In this document: positions 39,482 to 49,198 of the stretch, piece by piece | How positions within the stretch are numbered: position 1 is the stretch's first letter | Layout of the letters: every line of letters begins with the position of its first letter | Origin: Oligoflexales bacterium | GTDB taxonomy: Bacteria > Bdellovibrionota_B > Oligoflexia > Oligoflexales > Bog-1112 | Direction of reading: 5' to 3' | Length of the DNA: 51,284 nt | Assembly: GCA_045106415.1 (NCBI GenBank) | Contig: JBGCEP010000033.1 | Coordinates: 1-51,284 of the forward strand | Notes under the pieces: generated by a model | Seen by the model: the letters and a program-made list of their open reading frames with translations, nothing else | What the model was told of the DNA's origin: nothing | Database searches by the model: none | Made by a program: the position numbers and the translations under genes

Positions 39482-39640
39482 TAAGACCCTGTATAATCTT
39501 CAACTTATTGCAGTCATTTAGACATAGTAAAACCATCAGTGCATCTCATATGGAGTGAAATATGCTGTGTCCAACATGTATAACTGATGACCAATGGCAA
39601 GTGCTTTCGCAACTTTTCAATGCGTATGAAAAAAGACTCT
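39482..39640 (+). mobile_element. Possible 5' remnant of an IS5-family (IS427/IS1031-like) transposase
   Basis: GGAG RBS then MLCPTCITDDQWQVLSQLF, resembling the YPSDLTDEQW..I.PL start of these transposases; no DDE region follows. Confidence 0.4.
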
Positions 39641-39971
39641 GTCATCAAGAATCCATGAATTTTATCGGGAGTATCATAATTGCTATAAAAACCTCTCAAC
39701 TGTCAAAAAAGTTCTTAAAAACTGTCAAAAAGAATCTAAGTCACTATAGATTTATTTTATTGCTCAAAATACCAGTGTTGAACACGCCCACAACTTTCAG
39801 GCATACTGCCAGTCCTCGCATAGAAACAAGAGCGTCATTAACTTAGAAGCACCTCTAGTGCAACTATTTAATTTTAAAGATTAAAAATTAAATAACACAC
39901 GCATTCTAGCCTTTTTTAAAAAAATCATTAAAAATACCTTGACAACAAAATAGAAAAAGATCGATATACCG

Positions 39972-40023
39972 TAGGTCGATCTGAAATGATGCGGCTTCCA
40001 CCTAATTTTTTGAGGCAAATATG
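39972..40023 (+). promoter_or_regulatory. Structured leader, candidate translational riboswitch
   Basis: UAGGU/ACCUA stem whose loop GCUUC can pair with the SD GAGGC; TTGACA at 39939 upstream. Confidence 0.35.
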
Positions 40024-40968
40024 CAACCTTTATACCGTGCATGTATTCAATTAGTGGTTTCTCAAGTTGCATTTGGGGCAAATGTCGCTCTCAGCAAAAA
40101 GCTTGCTGCAACCTGGTCTGCAAGCGCTATTGTAAGTAGCCGTTTTCTTATAGCTGGAGCTTTCTTGGCTGCACTTATGTACCTTCAAAAAGGCTCTATT
40201 CTCGTCATCGAATCTACGCAAGGGCCAAAACTCAAAAAACGTGACTGGGGCTTACTAGTTGGACAAGCCATCTTCGGAGGCATTTTATTCAATGCTTTTT
40301 TTCAGACAGGATTGATGCATGTCTCAACCTGCTGTGCAGGACTCTTAAGCAGTGCTTTCCCGATGGTTATGGCAACATGTGCTTTTTTCCTTTTAGATGA
40401 AAAAATCACACCTCAAGCTGGGTTTGGTATCCTACTAACCGTATTTGGTATCGTTACCATCCATATCGACTTTGACCAAACACTCCATGCAGAAGACATT
40501 TCTGTATTTGGAACAGCTCTCATTCTTTTTGCTTTAATCCCAGAAGCTTTAGCCTCAATTTTAGCTAGAAAACAAAGAGGCCGAATCACACCTCTTGGTG
40601 CAGCTGCAATGGTCAACCTCATAGGAGCTATTTTTACTTTTCCTATGATGCTCACAGAAATACAAAACGGAAGAATGCCAATATCCTCTTATACCGTCAC
40701 TATGATTTCAATAGCATCCATGTGCACTATGCTTTTCTACACAGGCTGGCTCTCAGGCCTTAAAACTGTTGAGGCTAGTACAGCAGGTATATTTGTTGGC
40801 ATCATGCCCCTATCTGCCGCTATGTTTGGCGCTCTCCTTCTCGAAGAAACACCGAGTTGGAATGAAGCTTTAGCAGCGGGCTTCATCCTCATTTCTATCA
40901 TTGTTGCTGCCTATGGAGCAAAATCAGAAGCCACCCAAATCGCACATGAACCGGCTATAGCATCATAG
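40021..40968 (+). CDS. DMT/EamA family transporter
   Basis: Ten TM segments in two repeats; SSRFLIA, LLDEKIT, LLLEETPS. Confidence 0.9.
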   Translation: MQPLYRACIQLVVSQVAFGANVALSKKLAATWSASAIVSSRFLIAGAFLAALMYLQKGSILVIESTQGPKLKKRDWGLLVGQAIFGGILFNAFFQTGLMHVSTCCAGLLSSAFPMVMATCAFFLLDEKITPQAGFGILLTVFGIVTIHIDFDQTLHAEDISVFGTALILFALIPEALASILARKQRGRITPLGAAAMVNLIGAIFTFPMMLTEIQNGRMPISSYTVTMISIASMCTMLFYTGWLSGLKTVEASTAGIFVGIMPLSAAMFGALLLEETPSWNEALAAGFILISIIVAAYGAKSEATQIAHEPAIAS

Positions 40969-41211
40969 TGTCAATAATAACTACTGACACCGTTAGACTA
41001 CCTATCAAAGATCTCTCTTTTAATTTTTATAAAAAATCAACTTAAAGCCATCAAATTTCCCACATTGTTAAAAAACAAACCTCATATTCTATACACGATT
41101 ATATCTTGCTTGCCTACACCACGACTGCTCCCACCAGAGCACCTTAAATCGTAAATCGATGTTGTGTGTTAAAATCACCGAATCTGCCAGCTCTTTTTTC
41201 TCGGAGAAAAT

Positions 41212-41847
41212 ATGAAATTAAATACATTCAAAAGTTGTTTTTTCAGTCTATTTTTTATTGGATTTTCTGGATCAGTTTCAGCTGAAAAAGAAATGAAAAA
41301 ATCAGGACCGGAAGCATGGATCATTGATAAAGCACACTCATCTGTTGCTTTTGAAGTTGACCACTTGGTGATTGCAACCGTAGAGGGTCGCTTTAAAGAG
41401 TTCGAAGGTGAAATCAACTTTGATATGGAAAATCCTAAAAAAACCGATAACTTCAGTGTCCATGTAAAGATAGATCCATCCACTATTAATACAGACAATG
41501 AAAAAAGAGACAAACACCTTCGAAGTGAAGATTTCTTCAATGTCACAAAGCATAAAGAAATGAGCTTTAAGTCAAAAAAAGTTTCTACAACAGATGGCAA
41601 AAAGTTCACTATCACCGGTGATCTCACTATTGCTGGTGTGACCCGCTCTGTTGATCTCGATACAAAATACAGAGGATCTGTCTCAGCCTACGACGTCCAA
41701 CGAGTGTCTTTTCAAGCAACGACCTCTATTAAACGAGAAGACTTTCAACTGACTTGGAACAATCTCATTGAGGGCACACCAGCCGTTGGCAGCGAAATCA
41801 GTATTCGTTTAAAAATTGAAGCAAAAAGAAAATCTGACCTATCCTAA
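41212..41847 (+). CDS. YceI family protein
   Basis: WIIDKAHSSVAFEVDHL, VEGRF, RDKHLRSEDFF, ITGDLTIAGVTR. Confidence 0.93.
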   Translation: MKLNTFKSCFFSLFFIGFSGSVSAEKEMKKSGPEAWIIDKAHSSVAFEVDHLVIATVEGRFKEFEGEINFDMENPKKTDNFSVHVKIDPSTINTDNEKRDKHLRSEDFFNVTKHKEMSFKSKKVSTTDGKKFTITGDLTIAGVTRSVDLDTKYRGSVSAYDVQRVSFQATTSIKREDFQLTWNNLIEGTPAVGSEISIRLKIEAKRKSDLS

Positions 41848-41861
41848 AAGATCAAAGCACA

Positions 41862-41900
41862 TAAAAAGAGCTAGCCATTTTTTGTGGCCAGCTCTTTTTA
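41862..41900. terminator. Bidirectional rho-independent terminator
   Basis: TAAAAAGAGCT-GCCA...TGGC-AGCTCTTTTTA between convergent genes. Confidence 0.8.
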
Positions 41901-41940
41901 TATGACGCATAAAACACGTGTTCAATTTTTTCTGATTTTA

Positions 41941-43197
41941 TTATTCTTGATATCTTTTTTCATAAAGCTCAATAGCTCTTTCCGTAAAGATCTCTCTCGC
42001 AGCAGGCTCTTCTCGTTCGCACTCTCCGTCTGACTCTGCTGGATTTCTAACCCATAAATAACCTTTTAACAATCCAGAAGAAACATCACCAGGAAGAATT
42101 CCTAGTCCTCTTCCTGGTGCGTTACACCACTCCATATTAACTGCTGGAGGCTGGCCATTTCTGCCGGTATCAATAATACAAGGAAGAGTTCGTGTTCCAT
42201 TAAAGGCTGTATTCGTATTCTCACAAAAGCTCATCATCTCGGCATTTGAGCGATAGTCAGAATCATTAATAATCATACCACTCAGTTTTTTACTGGGATC
42301 CACAGCATCGATCAACTCAACGGCTCTCGCGGGAACAACCCAAAAACCCATATCGAGATAAACATCTAGAGTCGGAACAGCTGTTAACTTATCTACAGCC
42401 ATACCCACATGATCCAACATCTCTTGTAATGAATATGCAGCGTCGATATTCGCACAGTTGTCGGCTTTTCCAAGTGCGTTGGGCTCTAAAATAATAATCG
42501 CTTCACGGTCTTCAACCCCTTTGATAAAGCTCTCAATCCAAGCCTCGTAAGCTTGTCCATTTGCGACTTCGTCACTATTAATCGTACAGTTCCTTTTTGG
42601 TACAGAGTGAATCACCATGACCAGCCTGCGGCCTTGATCATCAGCAATTTTTGTCACTCTAGCCACCTCTGCTTCGGGAGAAACATTTGTGCCATCCACC
42701 CAAACAGCAATTGGAACCGAATAAATGTATTTTAATGCTGTTTCAGCAAGAGAGCCGTCGTCAGCATCAAGAATCGCCTTATCCATCTTAGCGTCGCTAG
42801 CTCTATAAAGTGATTTACCATCAAACTTTATGTCAATTAAATCAACCTTAGCATCTCCCTCACCCACGGTAGATCCCTCCTCTTCATTTATTTCTTCTGA
42901 TAAAGAGTCTTGATTTATATCGCCTGAAGAAGACGAAGAGTCAGTAGAAGCTTCAAAGCTGTCCTCGTTACCTTGACCATCACCGCTATCTGAAGAACTC
43001 TCACTAGCCTCATTTTCTTTATCTTCAAATCCTGAAGAATTTCTAACAACATCTTCATTACCTTGATCTGACGTCTGAATAGCAACCCTGCCATCTGTTG
43101 AAGGTTGCTCAACATCACCACCACGACGTCTACAGTTACTTAAAGACAAAGAAAAAAACAAAAGACTCATAAAAGGAAATGTCTTCAAGTGTTGCAT
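41941..43197 (-). CDS. Glycoside hydrolase family 6 lipoprotein with substituted catalytic residues
   Basis: Lipobox SLSNC, acidic linker; PIAVW, PKRNC, ILEPNAL, VYLDMG, IDTGRNG, WCNAPGRGLG, LWVRNPAESDG. Confidence 0.85.
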   Translation of the reverse strand: MQHLKTFPFMSLLFFSLSLSNCRRRGGDVEQPSTDGRVAIQTSDQGNEDVVRNSSGFEDKENEASESSSDSGDGQGNEDSFEASTDSSSSSGDINQDSLSEEINEEEGSTVGEGDAKVDLIDIKFDGKSLYRASDAKMDKAILDADDGSLAETALKYIYSVPIAVWVDGTNVSPEAEVARVTKIADDQGRRLVMVIHSVPKRNCTINSDEVANGQAYEAWIESFIKGVEDREAIIILEPNALGKADNCANIDAAYSLQEMLDHVGMAVDKLTAVPTLDVYLDMGFWVVPARAVELIDAVDPSKKLSGMIINDSDYRSNAEMMSFCENTNTAFNGTRTLPCIIDTGRNGQPPAVNMEWCNAPGRGLGILPGDVSSGLLKGYLWVRNPAESDGECEREEPAAREIFTERAIELYEKRYQE

Positions 43198-43234
43198 GTT
43201 AAAAACCCCATAAGTTGGACTCTGCTTACAAGGC

Positions 43235-43261
43235 GTATCGGAGAAAAATCACATCTTATTA
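43235..43261 (-). promoter_or_regulatory. sigma28-type promoter of the GH6 lipoprotein
   Basis: TAAT-N15-TCCGATAC. Confidence 0.6.
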
Positions 43262-43351
43262 AAACACAAAAAACAAATCGGTAAATATAATTATAAAAAC
43301 AATGACATACAACAAGGAATCAAACTCAAAAGCCACACTCTTAATTGAACG

Positions 43352-44377
43352 TTATTCACCATCAATATTCCACCGGAACATCCAAGAGCCTAGAGCCGTG
43401 AAAAAGAAACCACTCACCAAAAGATAAAGAAGACTTGTCGACAAGTCGCTCAAATGTGCTCCTTCAAGCATAATCTTTCTCATCCCGTCTGCCATGTGCC
43501 ATAACGGCAAAGACTGCGCAAGGGTCAAGACCCATTCAGGGGAACCTTCAAGAGAAAACCAAACCTCTGAAAGCATCATCATAGGCATTGTTATAAAGTT
43601 CAACAGCCCACTTGCTAACTCATCGCTTTGCATTCTCGCCGCAATAATAAGCCCAAAAGCACTCATTGAAAGGCCGCCTAACACATAAATCACCGCAATT
43701 TCCCATAAAGAACCCTGATTAGAAAACGGATAAATCATGTGTGCAAATCCAAAAACAAAGACTCCTGACAATAAAAGGATCCATTGCCTAGAAACCATTT
43801 GAGCAAGAAGGTATTCTACAGCATTGAGGGGTGACACCTTCAGTCTTTTTAAAATTCCAAGCTTTCTTTGGCGTACAATCACCCATCCCACGCCCCACAT
43901 AGTCATCATCATGACATTCATGGCAAGAAGCCCTGGCAAAAGCCAGTCTACATAACCAATGGGCTCAATCCTCATGTTTTCACGAATCACTTGATCAACA
44001 GAAGAGACCCCATCGGCAAGCCATAGTTTCTCTAAAATTTGTGAAGTTGGAGAAGCTTCATTCACCCAATACTTATAAATTCGACCAACATCTGTTTCTT
44101 CTTTTTGAACCACGAGATCAATTTTATGATGCTGAAGTTTATCGAGAGCTTCATCTATGGATTGGAAAGCAAGACTTCGAGTTTGTAGAATTTTCGGCGC
44201 TTTTCCACCGACATAAGCAAGCTTATAAGTATTTTGATTTGAGATTTCAAATAGATAGCTAAAAGAAAAAATCATAACAATAGGAAATAACAACGTCCAC
44301 CCTAGCGCACCCCAGTCACGATAAAACTCTTTATTTCGAGCATTAAATATTGCAAAAAACCTACGAAAAGAAATCAT
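43352..44377 (-). CDS. ABC-2 type transporter permease
   Basis: ARNKEFYRD, YVDWLLPGLLAMN, RKLGILKRLKVSPL. Confidence 0.92.
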   Translation of the reverse strand: MISFRRFFAIFNARNKEFYRDWGALGWTLLFPIVMIFSFSYLFEISNQNTYKLAYVGGKAPKILQTRSLAFQSIDEALDKLQHHKIDLVVQKEETDVGRIYKYWVNEASPTSQILEKLWLADGVSSVDQVIRENMRIEPIGYVDWLLPGLLAMNVMMMTMWGVGWVIVRQRKLGILKRLKVSPLNAVEYLLAQMVSRQWILLLSGVFVFGFAHMIYPFSNQGSLWEIAVIYVLGGLSMSAFGLIIAARMQSDELASGLLNFITMPMMMLSEVWFSLEGSPEWVLTLAQSLPLWHMADGMRKIMLEGAHLSDLSTSLLYLLVSGFFFTALGSWMFRWNIDGE

Positions 44378-45252
44378 GATCGTAGCCCCTTACCCGTTAA
44401 CTGAAGAAATAAATCCTCAAGATGCGCTTGCCGAATAGACAAACTCGACATATCCAGCTCCCGAGTTAAAAGTTCTTCAAGCACATGCTTTACATTCTGC
44501 GTATGAATCTCAAAACCACCTGCTTTTGAAAAGACCTCCCCATGATCAAGGCTCAGAACCCCTTGGCCTTGGATGTAGAGAATTGTATTCTGGCAATGCT
44601 CACCAAGAAGCTCTTTTGGAGACCCTTCGGCAAGAATTTTTCCATGATCCATAATAACAAGCTCATCACAAAGCTCCTGAGCTTCATCCATATAATGAGT
44701 TGTAAGAATCATGCTTTTCCCTTCAGATTTTATATCCCTTACTATACCCCACAAGTGTCTGCGTGCTTGTGGGTCAAGACCTGTCGTGGGTTCATCAAGC
44801 AATAAAATATCAGGGTCATTCGCTAAGGCCATGGCTAGTAAAAGCCTCTGCCTTTGCCCGCCAGATATTTGATGATGTTTACGGTTTTGAAACTCCCCCA
44901 GCTGGCATAACTCAATTAGATCTTCGATTTTCCTTCTTTTAAAGTAAAGATTCAAAAATGTTTCTAAAGACTCCCTCACAGTTAATTGAGGAAGAAGAGC
45001 AGTTTCTTGAAACTGAATCCCAAAAGATTCCATATCCCTTGCGTTTCGGGTCTCCCCTTTAAAAAGGATTCTTCCAGAATCTGGGTTTCTTAAACCCTCA
45101 ATCATCTCCATTGTTGTCGATTTACCAGCCCCATTTGGACCCAAAAGGACTAAACAACAATGCGATGGCAGCTGAAAACTCAAACCATCAACCACTTTTT
45201 TTTTATGATATGATCTTGTAATTTCAATCACTTCAAGCAAAATACCGTTCAT
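44374..45252 (-). CDS. ABC transporter ATP-binding protein
   Basis: GPNGAGKST, ISGGQ, LLLDEPTTGLDP, TTHYM. Confidence 0.95.
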   Translation of the reverse strand: MNGILLEVIEITRSYHKKKVVDGLSFQLPSHCCLVLLGPNGAGKSTTMEMIEGLRNPDSGRILFKGETRNARDMESFGIQFQETALLPQLTVRESLETFLNLYFKRRKIEDLIELCQLGEFQNRKHHQISGGQRQRLLLAMALANDPDILLLDEPTTGLDPQARRHLWGIVRDIKSEGKSMILTTHYMDEAQELCDELVIMDHGKILAEGSPKELLGEHCQNTILYIQGQGVLSLDHGEVFSKAGGFEIHTQNVKHVLEELLTRELDMSSLSIRQAHLEDLFLQLTGKGLRS

Positions 45253-45282
45253 AAAGCCCTCTGGGTAAATTCGAACTGCTAA

Positions 45283-45975
45283 TTAAAAAACTTCAACAAG
45301 AATATAGCCTCTAGTTTTCATAGGCCCGTAAAAAAATCTTTTCACATCAAACTCTTCTTCTCCTTGACGAAGACTATAAGAATACTCTCGTTCATAACTT
45401 TCTGCCGAGTCAACATCTAAAACTCGGAGTGTTGACTCCTCCTCATCGTACCATCCGAGAGGTGACCAATGAGCTGAGTAGTTTAAAAGCATGAACTTAT
45501 GCTCTCCATGTGTTACAGCCTCTAAATCATTGCGGAAAGTTTTAAGAGATGTTTTTTTGCGATGCTTGAGGCGAACCTGGCGGTATTTTTCAATTTCACC
45601 ATCAAGGTATAGCTCTTCTAAAAGAGCTGGTAAATATGAAACTAACCGATTACGCCCAACTCCGCGACCCTTCCCTCTGACTTTCTGATACCATGATCTC
45701 AACTTCGAAGGACCAGTCATAAGGTAACGCCTTATCTTTGATTGGGTCCATGGCTTTGCTTGTGGGTTTTCCTGGGCTCTCAAAGCATTTACAATCATTA
45801 AAACAGAAGCCAAGGAACAACCGTCAACTTTATCCTGTTGAATATGAAAAGGCTTTAAAAGTTGATAATTCTCTGTTTGAAATGAGTGTGACAAAGATTC
45901 CTCACCCAGAACCACGGAAGACAAAAATAAACTTGTCATAAGAATGCTAATCAAAAACCTTGGAATAAAAAACAT
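45283..45975 (-). CDS. Secreted phytochelatin-synthase-like papain-fold protein
   Basis: Signal peptide; QQDKVDGCSLASVLMIVNAL (Cys), AHWSPLGWYD (His), VLDVD (Asp), TRGY. Confidence 0.8.
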   Translation of the reverse strand: MFFIPRFLISILMTSLFLSSVVLGEESLSHSFQTENYQLLKPFHIQQDKVDGCSLASVLMIVNALRAQENPQAKPWTQSKIRRYLMTGPSKLRSWYQKVRGKGRGVGRNRLVSYLPALLEELYLDGEIEKYRQVRLKHRKKTSLKTFRNDLEAVTHGEHKFMLLNYSAHWSPLGWYDEEESTLRVLDVDSAESYEREYSYSLRQGEEEFDVKRFFYGPMKTRGYILVEVF

Positions 45976-46004
45976 CGAAATCCCCTCACGTATGCACGCT
46001 TATG

Positions 46005-46031
46005 AATTCGGGGAAGACTCGACATTTATTA
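46005..46031 (-). promoter_or_regulatory. sigma28-like promoter
   Basis: TAAT-N15-CCCGAATT. Confidence 0.35.
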
Positions 46032-46287
46032 AAAAAAACATTGGCGTCGCGCTAACAAACTGTTAACAAAAGATTTTTATGGGTTATTTAATTTTTAAGG
46101 AACACGCTTTAACTCACAGAGAGATAAACAAAACAAACATCTGTTAAGATGAAAGAATAAGGTGGCTTTTCTATATTTATAGATTGAGCCTCTTAAAGTA
46201 TAAAAATCAAACTATTTTCTCTATTGTTAAAAGAGATTATGATCTCAAGAGTATGGTGGGTGAAATATCTTTCAAAAAGAGGTTCCT

Positions 46288-47280
46288 ATGGTCTTCCATC
46301 CAATAAAAACAGCCTTTTCTGGCACTCAAAATAAAGCTGAAGACCCTAGTTTTTGGATAGGGGCATTCGCATGGAAAGGATCTGTATCACCCAAAATAGC
46401 TCTCCGATCTATCATTTTTGTATGCTATGCCGCAATTATTACTATCGTGAATGAGTCTTTTTATCTTTTTCCTGATCTTGACTTGACCCCATTTGAGCTT
46501 TGTGGGGCTGTCTTAGGCGTGCTCCTAGTTTTCAGAACAAATGCTGGCTATGACAGGTGGTGGGAAGCACGTAAACTTTGGGGAGGCATTGTCAATCAAT
46601 CTCGTAACCTTATTGTTGGAGCTTTAGCCTATGGCCCAAGAGATGATCAAACACTCGAATATTTTGCTGATTTAGTAATTGGCTTTCCTTATGCTGCCAA
46701 AAACTCACTACGCAACTTGGACTCCACTGTTGAAATCCAGAGGAAAACAAATTTAAATTTACCTGAAAAAGAGTTCTACACCACACATCAACCTTCTTAC
46801 TTTACTTTAAAAATAGCGGAAACCCTCAATCAGTGGAAAGAAGATGACAAAATCTCACCTATTGCATTCTTGAACATTGATAAAGAACGCCTCAAACTGC
46901 TAGAATATGTTGGAGCATGTGAAAGAATTTTAAAAACACCTATGCCCCTTGTCTATGTCATTAAAGTCAGAAGGTTTCTGCTTCTTTTTCTACTTCTCGT
47001 CCCTATTGGAATTGTCCATCTTGCTGGCTTTTTAACCCCAGGCATTACCTTACTCGTTGCCTACCCACTTCTAGCTCTTGATCAAATTGGCCTTGAACTT
47101 CAAAATCCTTTCTCAAGAGAACGTCTTAGCCACCTCCCTATTGACGATATTTGCGACTCTATTCGGCATGATATTTTGAATCTTGTACGTTCTTACAAAC
47201 ATAATAAACATATTCGTGAGGACATAAAAAAAAGCACAACAAGGCCAAAATCCATATCAGAGTCTCACCTTTTATCATAA
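46288..47280 (+). CDS. Bestrophin-family (YneE-like) anion channel
   Basis: LLVFRTNAGYDRWWEARKLWG, ACERILKTPMP, IGLELQNPF, LPIDDIC. Confidence 0.92.
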   Translation: MVFHPIKTAFSGTQNKAEDPSFWIGAFAWKGSVSPKIALRSIIFVCYAAIITIVNESFYLFPDLDLTPFELCGAVLGVLLVFRTNAGYDRWWEARKLWGGIVNQSRNLIVGALAYGPRDDQTLEYFADLVIGFPYAAKNSLRNLDSTVEIQRKTNLNLPEKEFYTTHQPSYFTLKIAETLNQWKEDDKISPIAFLNIDKERLKLLEYVGACERILKTPMPLVYVIKVRRFLLLFLLLVPIGIVHLAGFLTPGITLLVAYPLLALDQIGLELQNPFSRERLSHLPIDDICDSIRHDILNLVRSYKHNKHIREDIKKSTTRPKSISESHLLS

Positions 47281-49044
47281 TTAAAAAAGATGTTTTGTTT
47301 CCAAAAGGTGAACAATAAAAAGGAAGTCAATTCCAGAAAAAACCTTTTCCTGTTGTGGGCACGGTGCCCAATCTTGGCTCAAAAGACCATTTTCCTCATG
47401 GTGCCTTCGTTCCCATAGATAGAAACTACAGCGATCTCGAGTCGAAGGCAGTCGATCCTGAGGAAAAAAATCATCAGATAAAAGTCCAGCAATCGAAGAA
47501 AAATCTCCATCTGAAATAAGGTGAGACACAAAGCCAAATAGCGCATTATTTGGACTTGATGACACATATTCTTGGATAAGATCACTTTCCTTTTGGTAAA
47601 AACCTCGCCTCATAGAAATCCTCAGTAGCATGTGAAGGACCTCTAGGTGCCCTTCATATCCATAATGAAAAAACCAACTATGCCCATCTTCGGAAGGGAA
47701 TGGTGTTCTAGAGAAAAAATTCTGCATCATAAAAAATGTTTTCTGCAACCTTTCATTTACACCAACAGCATAGATATCACCTTCGCCCATGACCCAGATC
47801 CCCTCAGGATTTTTATGATGAGACCCATATTGAATCAGTTCATTTAAAATATCATTTTTTTTCTCTGAGTAGATCCAAAGCAATAAACCCAGAAGCATGT
47901 CTCTAGAAATAGAACTTTTCGCCCCTCCTGAAGAATAACAATTCTGTGAAGCATGCCTAAACCAACGCTTCTCCTTATTTCTTGCTTTAATCATAGGTAT
48001 ATTTACACCTGAAAGACTCGCTATCGCATTAAATAAAAGCCCATCACATTTTGTATCTCGAATCCAACCAAAATCATCTTTTTTAAACTTCGACATATAG
48101 AGTGTTCTTTTTCGACGTAGAACATCCATTTGAGGTCCTAAATCTTTATATGAAGGAAGAGGTTTTAAGGTATCATCAGAACGGATAAAAACCAGCTTCG
48201 ACTTAGCATCTTGAATTGATTGAATATTCTGATCTCCAAAATCATAAACCTCATGAAGATTAATAAGATAATTTTTCATTTTCTCTTGCTTATCAGCACC
48301 TGGGCTTTCTTTAATCTTTTTCTCGATATCTAAAATTCTAGATTGCACCGTTTTATAAATATTATCAGGGTCTTTTTCAACAACAACGTTAATCTTATCA
48401 AGTGCTAAAGATAAAAGTTTATACATAGAAAGAGTTTCAGCCTCTGTGATCGACGCTAGCTCTCCTTCAACAATTCTTCCATCGTTTGATCTATCTAATA
48501 ACAAAATTTGAGAAGCTAAAGCAATAAAGTTCACAAGTATTTCATTCATAAGAATAGATTTTTTCTTATAACTATTTTTTTTATACTCAGAAAGAAGTAA
48601 TACTGTTTTCAAACTATTTATATAAGATGTTTCTTTAGGTATTCCTTGAGTGAAAATTGAAATAAAATTTTCTGAGTGATCTGTTTTTTTATCTCCTTTT
48701 TTCAAAGCAGCAAGAGACAAATCTAAAAGATCAATGCCATTACTTCCTAAAACAGCAATAGAGTATAAAAAAATTAATGCCTCACCGTTCTCGTGAGGGA
48801 TAAGAAATTTTTGCAATAAGTCTGCTTTAATTTCAGGAGATGTTAAAGGATTTTTCACTGCATTACGTTTTTCTGAACCAATTAAAGATATGATTCCATC
48901 TAAGGCTTCTCTAAATTTTTTGTTCTCTATATTTTTTACGACTTGTTTTTCAATCGAAATTGGTTTTGAGAATTTCTGAAAAACATTCCCTCTTTTTAAA
49001 CAAGAGAAACAAAAGAATGACAAAAATAAAATTTTAAGTCTCAA
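47281..49044 (-). CDS. Hypothetical two-domain lipoprotein
   Basis: Lipobox CFSC; helical N-terminal half; Cys/Trp-rich C-terminal half. Confidence 0.75.
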   Translation of the reverse strand: MRLKILFLSFFCFSCLKRGNVFQKFSKPISIEKQVVKNIENKKFREALDGIISLIGSEKRNAVKNPLTSPEIKADLLQKFLIPHENGEALIFLYSIAVLGSNGIDLLDLSLAALKKGDKKTDHSENFISIFTQGIPKETSYINSLKTVLLLSEYKKNSYKKKSILMNEILVNFIALASQILLLDRSNDGRIVEGELASITEAETLSMYKLLSLALDKINVVVEKDPDNIYKTVQSRILDIEKKIKESPGADKQEKMKNYLINLHEVYDFGDQNIQSIQDAKSKLVFIRSDDTLKPLPSYKDLGPQMDVLRRKRTLYMSKFKKDDFGWIRDTKCDGLLFNAIASLSGVNIPMIKARNKEKRWFRHASQNCYSSGGAKSSISRDMLLGLLLWIYSEKKNDILNELIQYGSHHKNPEGIWVMGEGDIYAVGVNERLQKTFFMMQNFFSRTPFPSEDGHSWFFHYGYEGHLEVLHMLLRISMRRGFYQKESDLIQEYVSSSPNNALFGFVSHLISDGDFSSIAGLLSDDFFPQDRLPSTRDRCSFYLWERRHHEENGLLSQDWAPCPQQEKVFSGIDFLFIVHLLETKHLF

Positions 49045-49078
49045 TTTTTAATCTTTTTTCTAAAGAACATCATATAAG

Positions 49079-49174
49079 TCATCGGAACATGATATCTAAC
49101 ACCTAAGGCACGACTTGTTTTTAAAAAAAGATAAAATAATTTCCTATCCATTTATCTCTTATCTTTTCCGATGA
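49079..49174. promoter_or_regulatory. Back-to-back sigma28-like promoters
   Basis: Minus strand TAGG-N15-TCCGATGA (49079-49105); plus strand CCAT-N15-TCCGATGA (49148-49174); identical -10 octamers. Confidence 0.5.
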
Positions 49175-49198
49175 AGAATACGATCAAAATGGAACCTT

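Noticed and set aside
39780..39858. GACTGGC...GTGGG on the minus strand as a ZTP riboswitch
   Set aside because: Lacks the GGGGAGC and CGCCUGGGC elements and has no purine/folate gene downstream; may be an IS end
40968..40990. GTGTCA-N11-TGACAC inverted repeat after EamA
   Set aside because: Short, with no U-tract; cannot tell terminator, operator or chance apart
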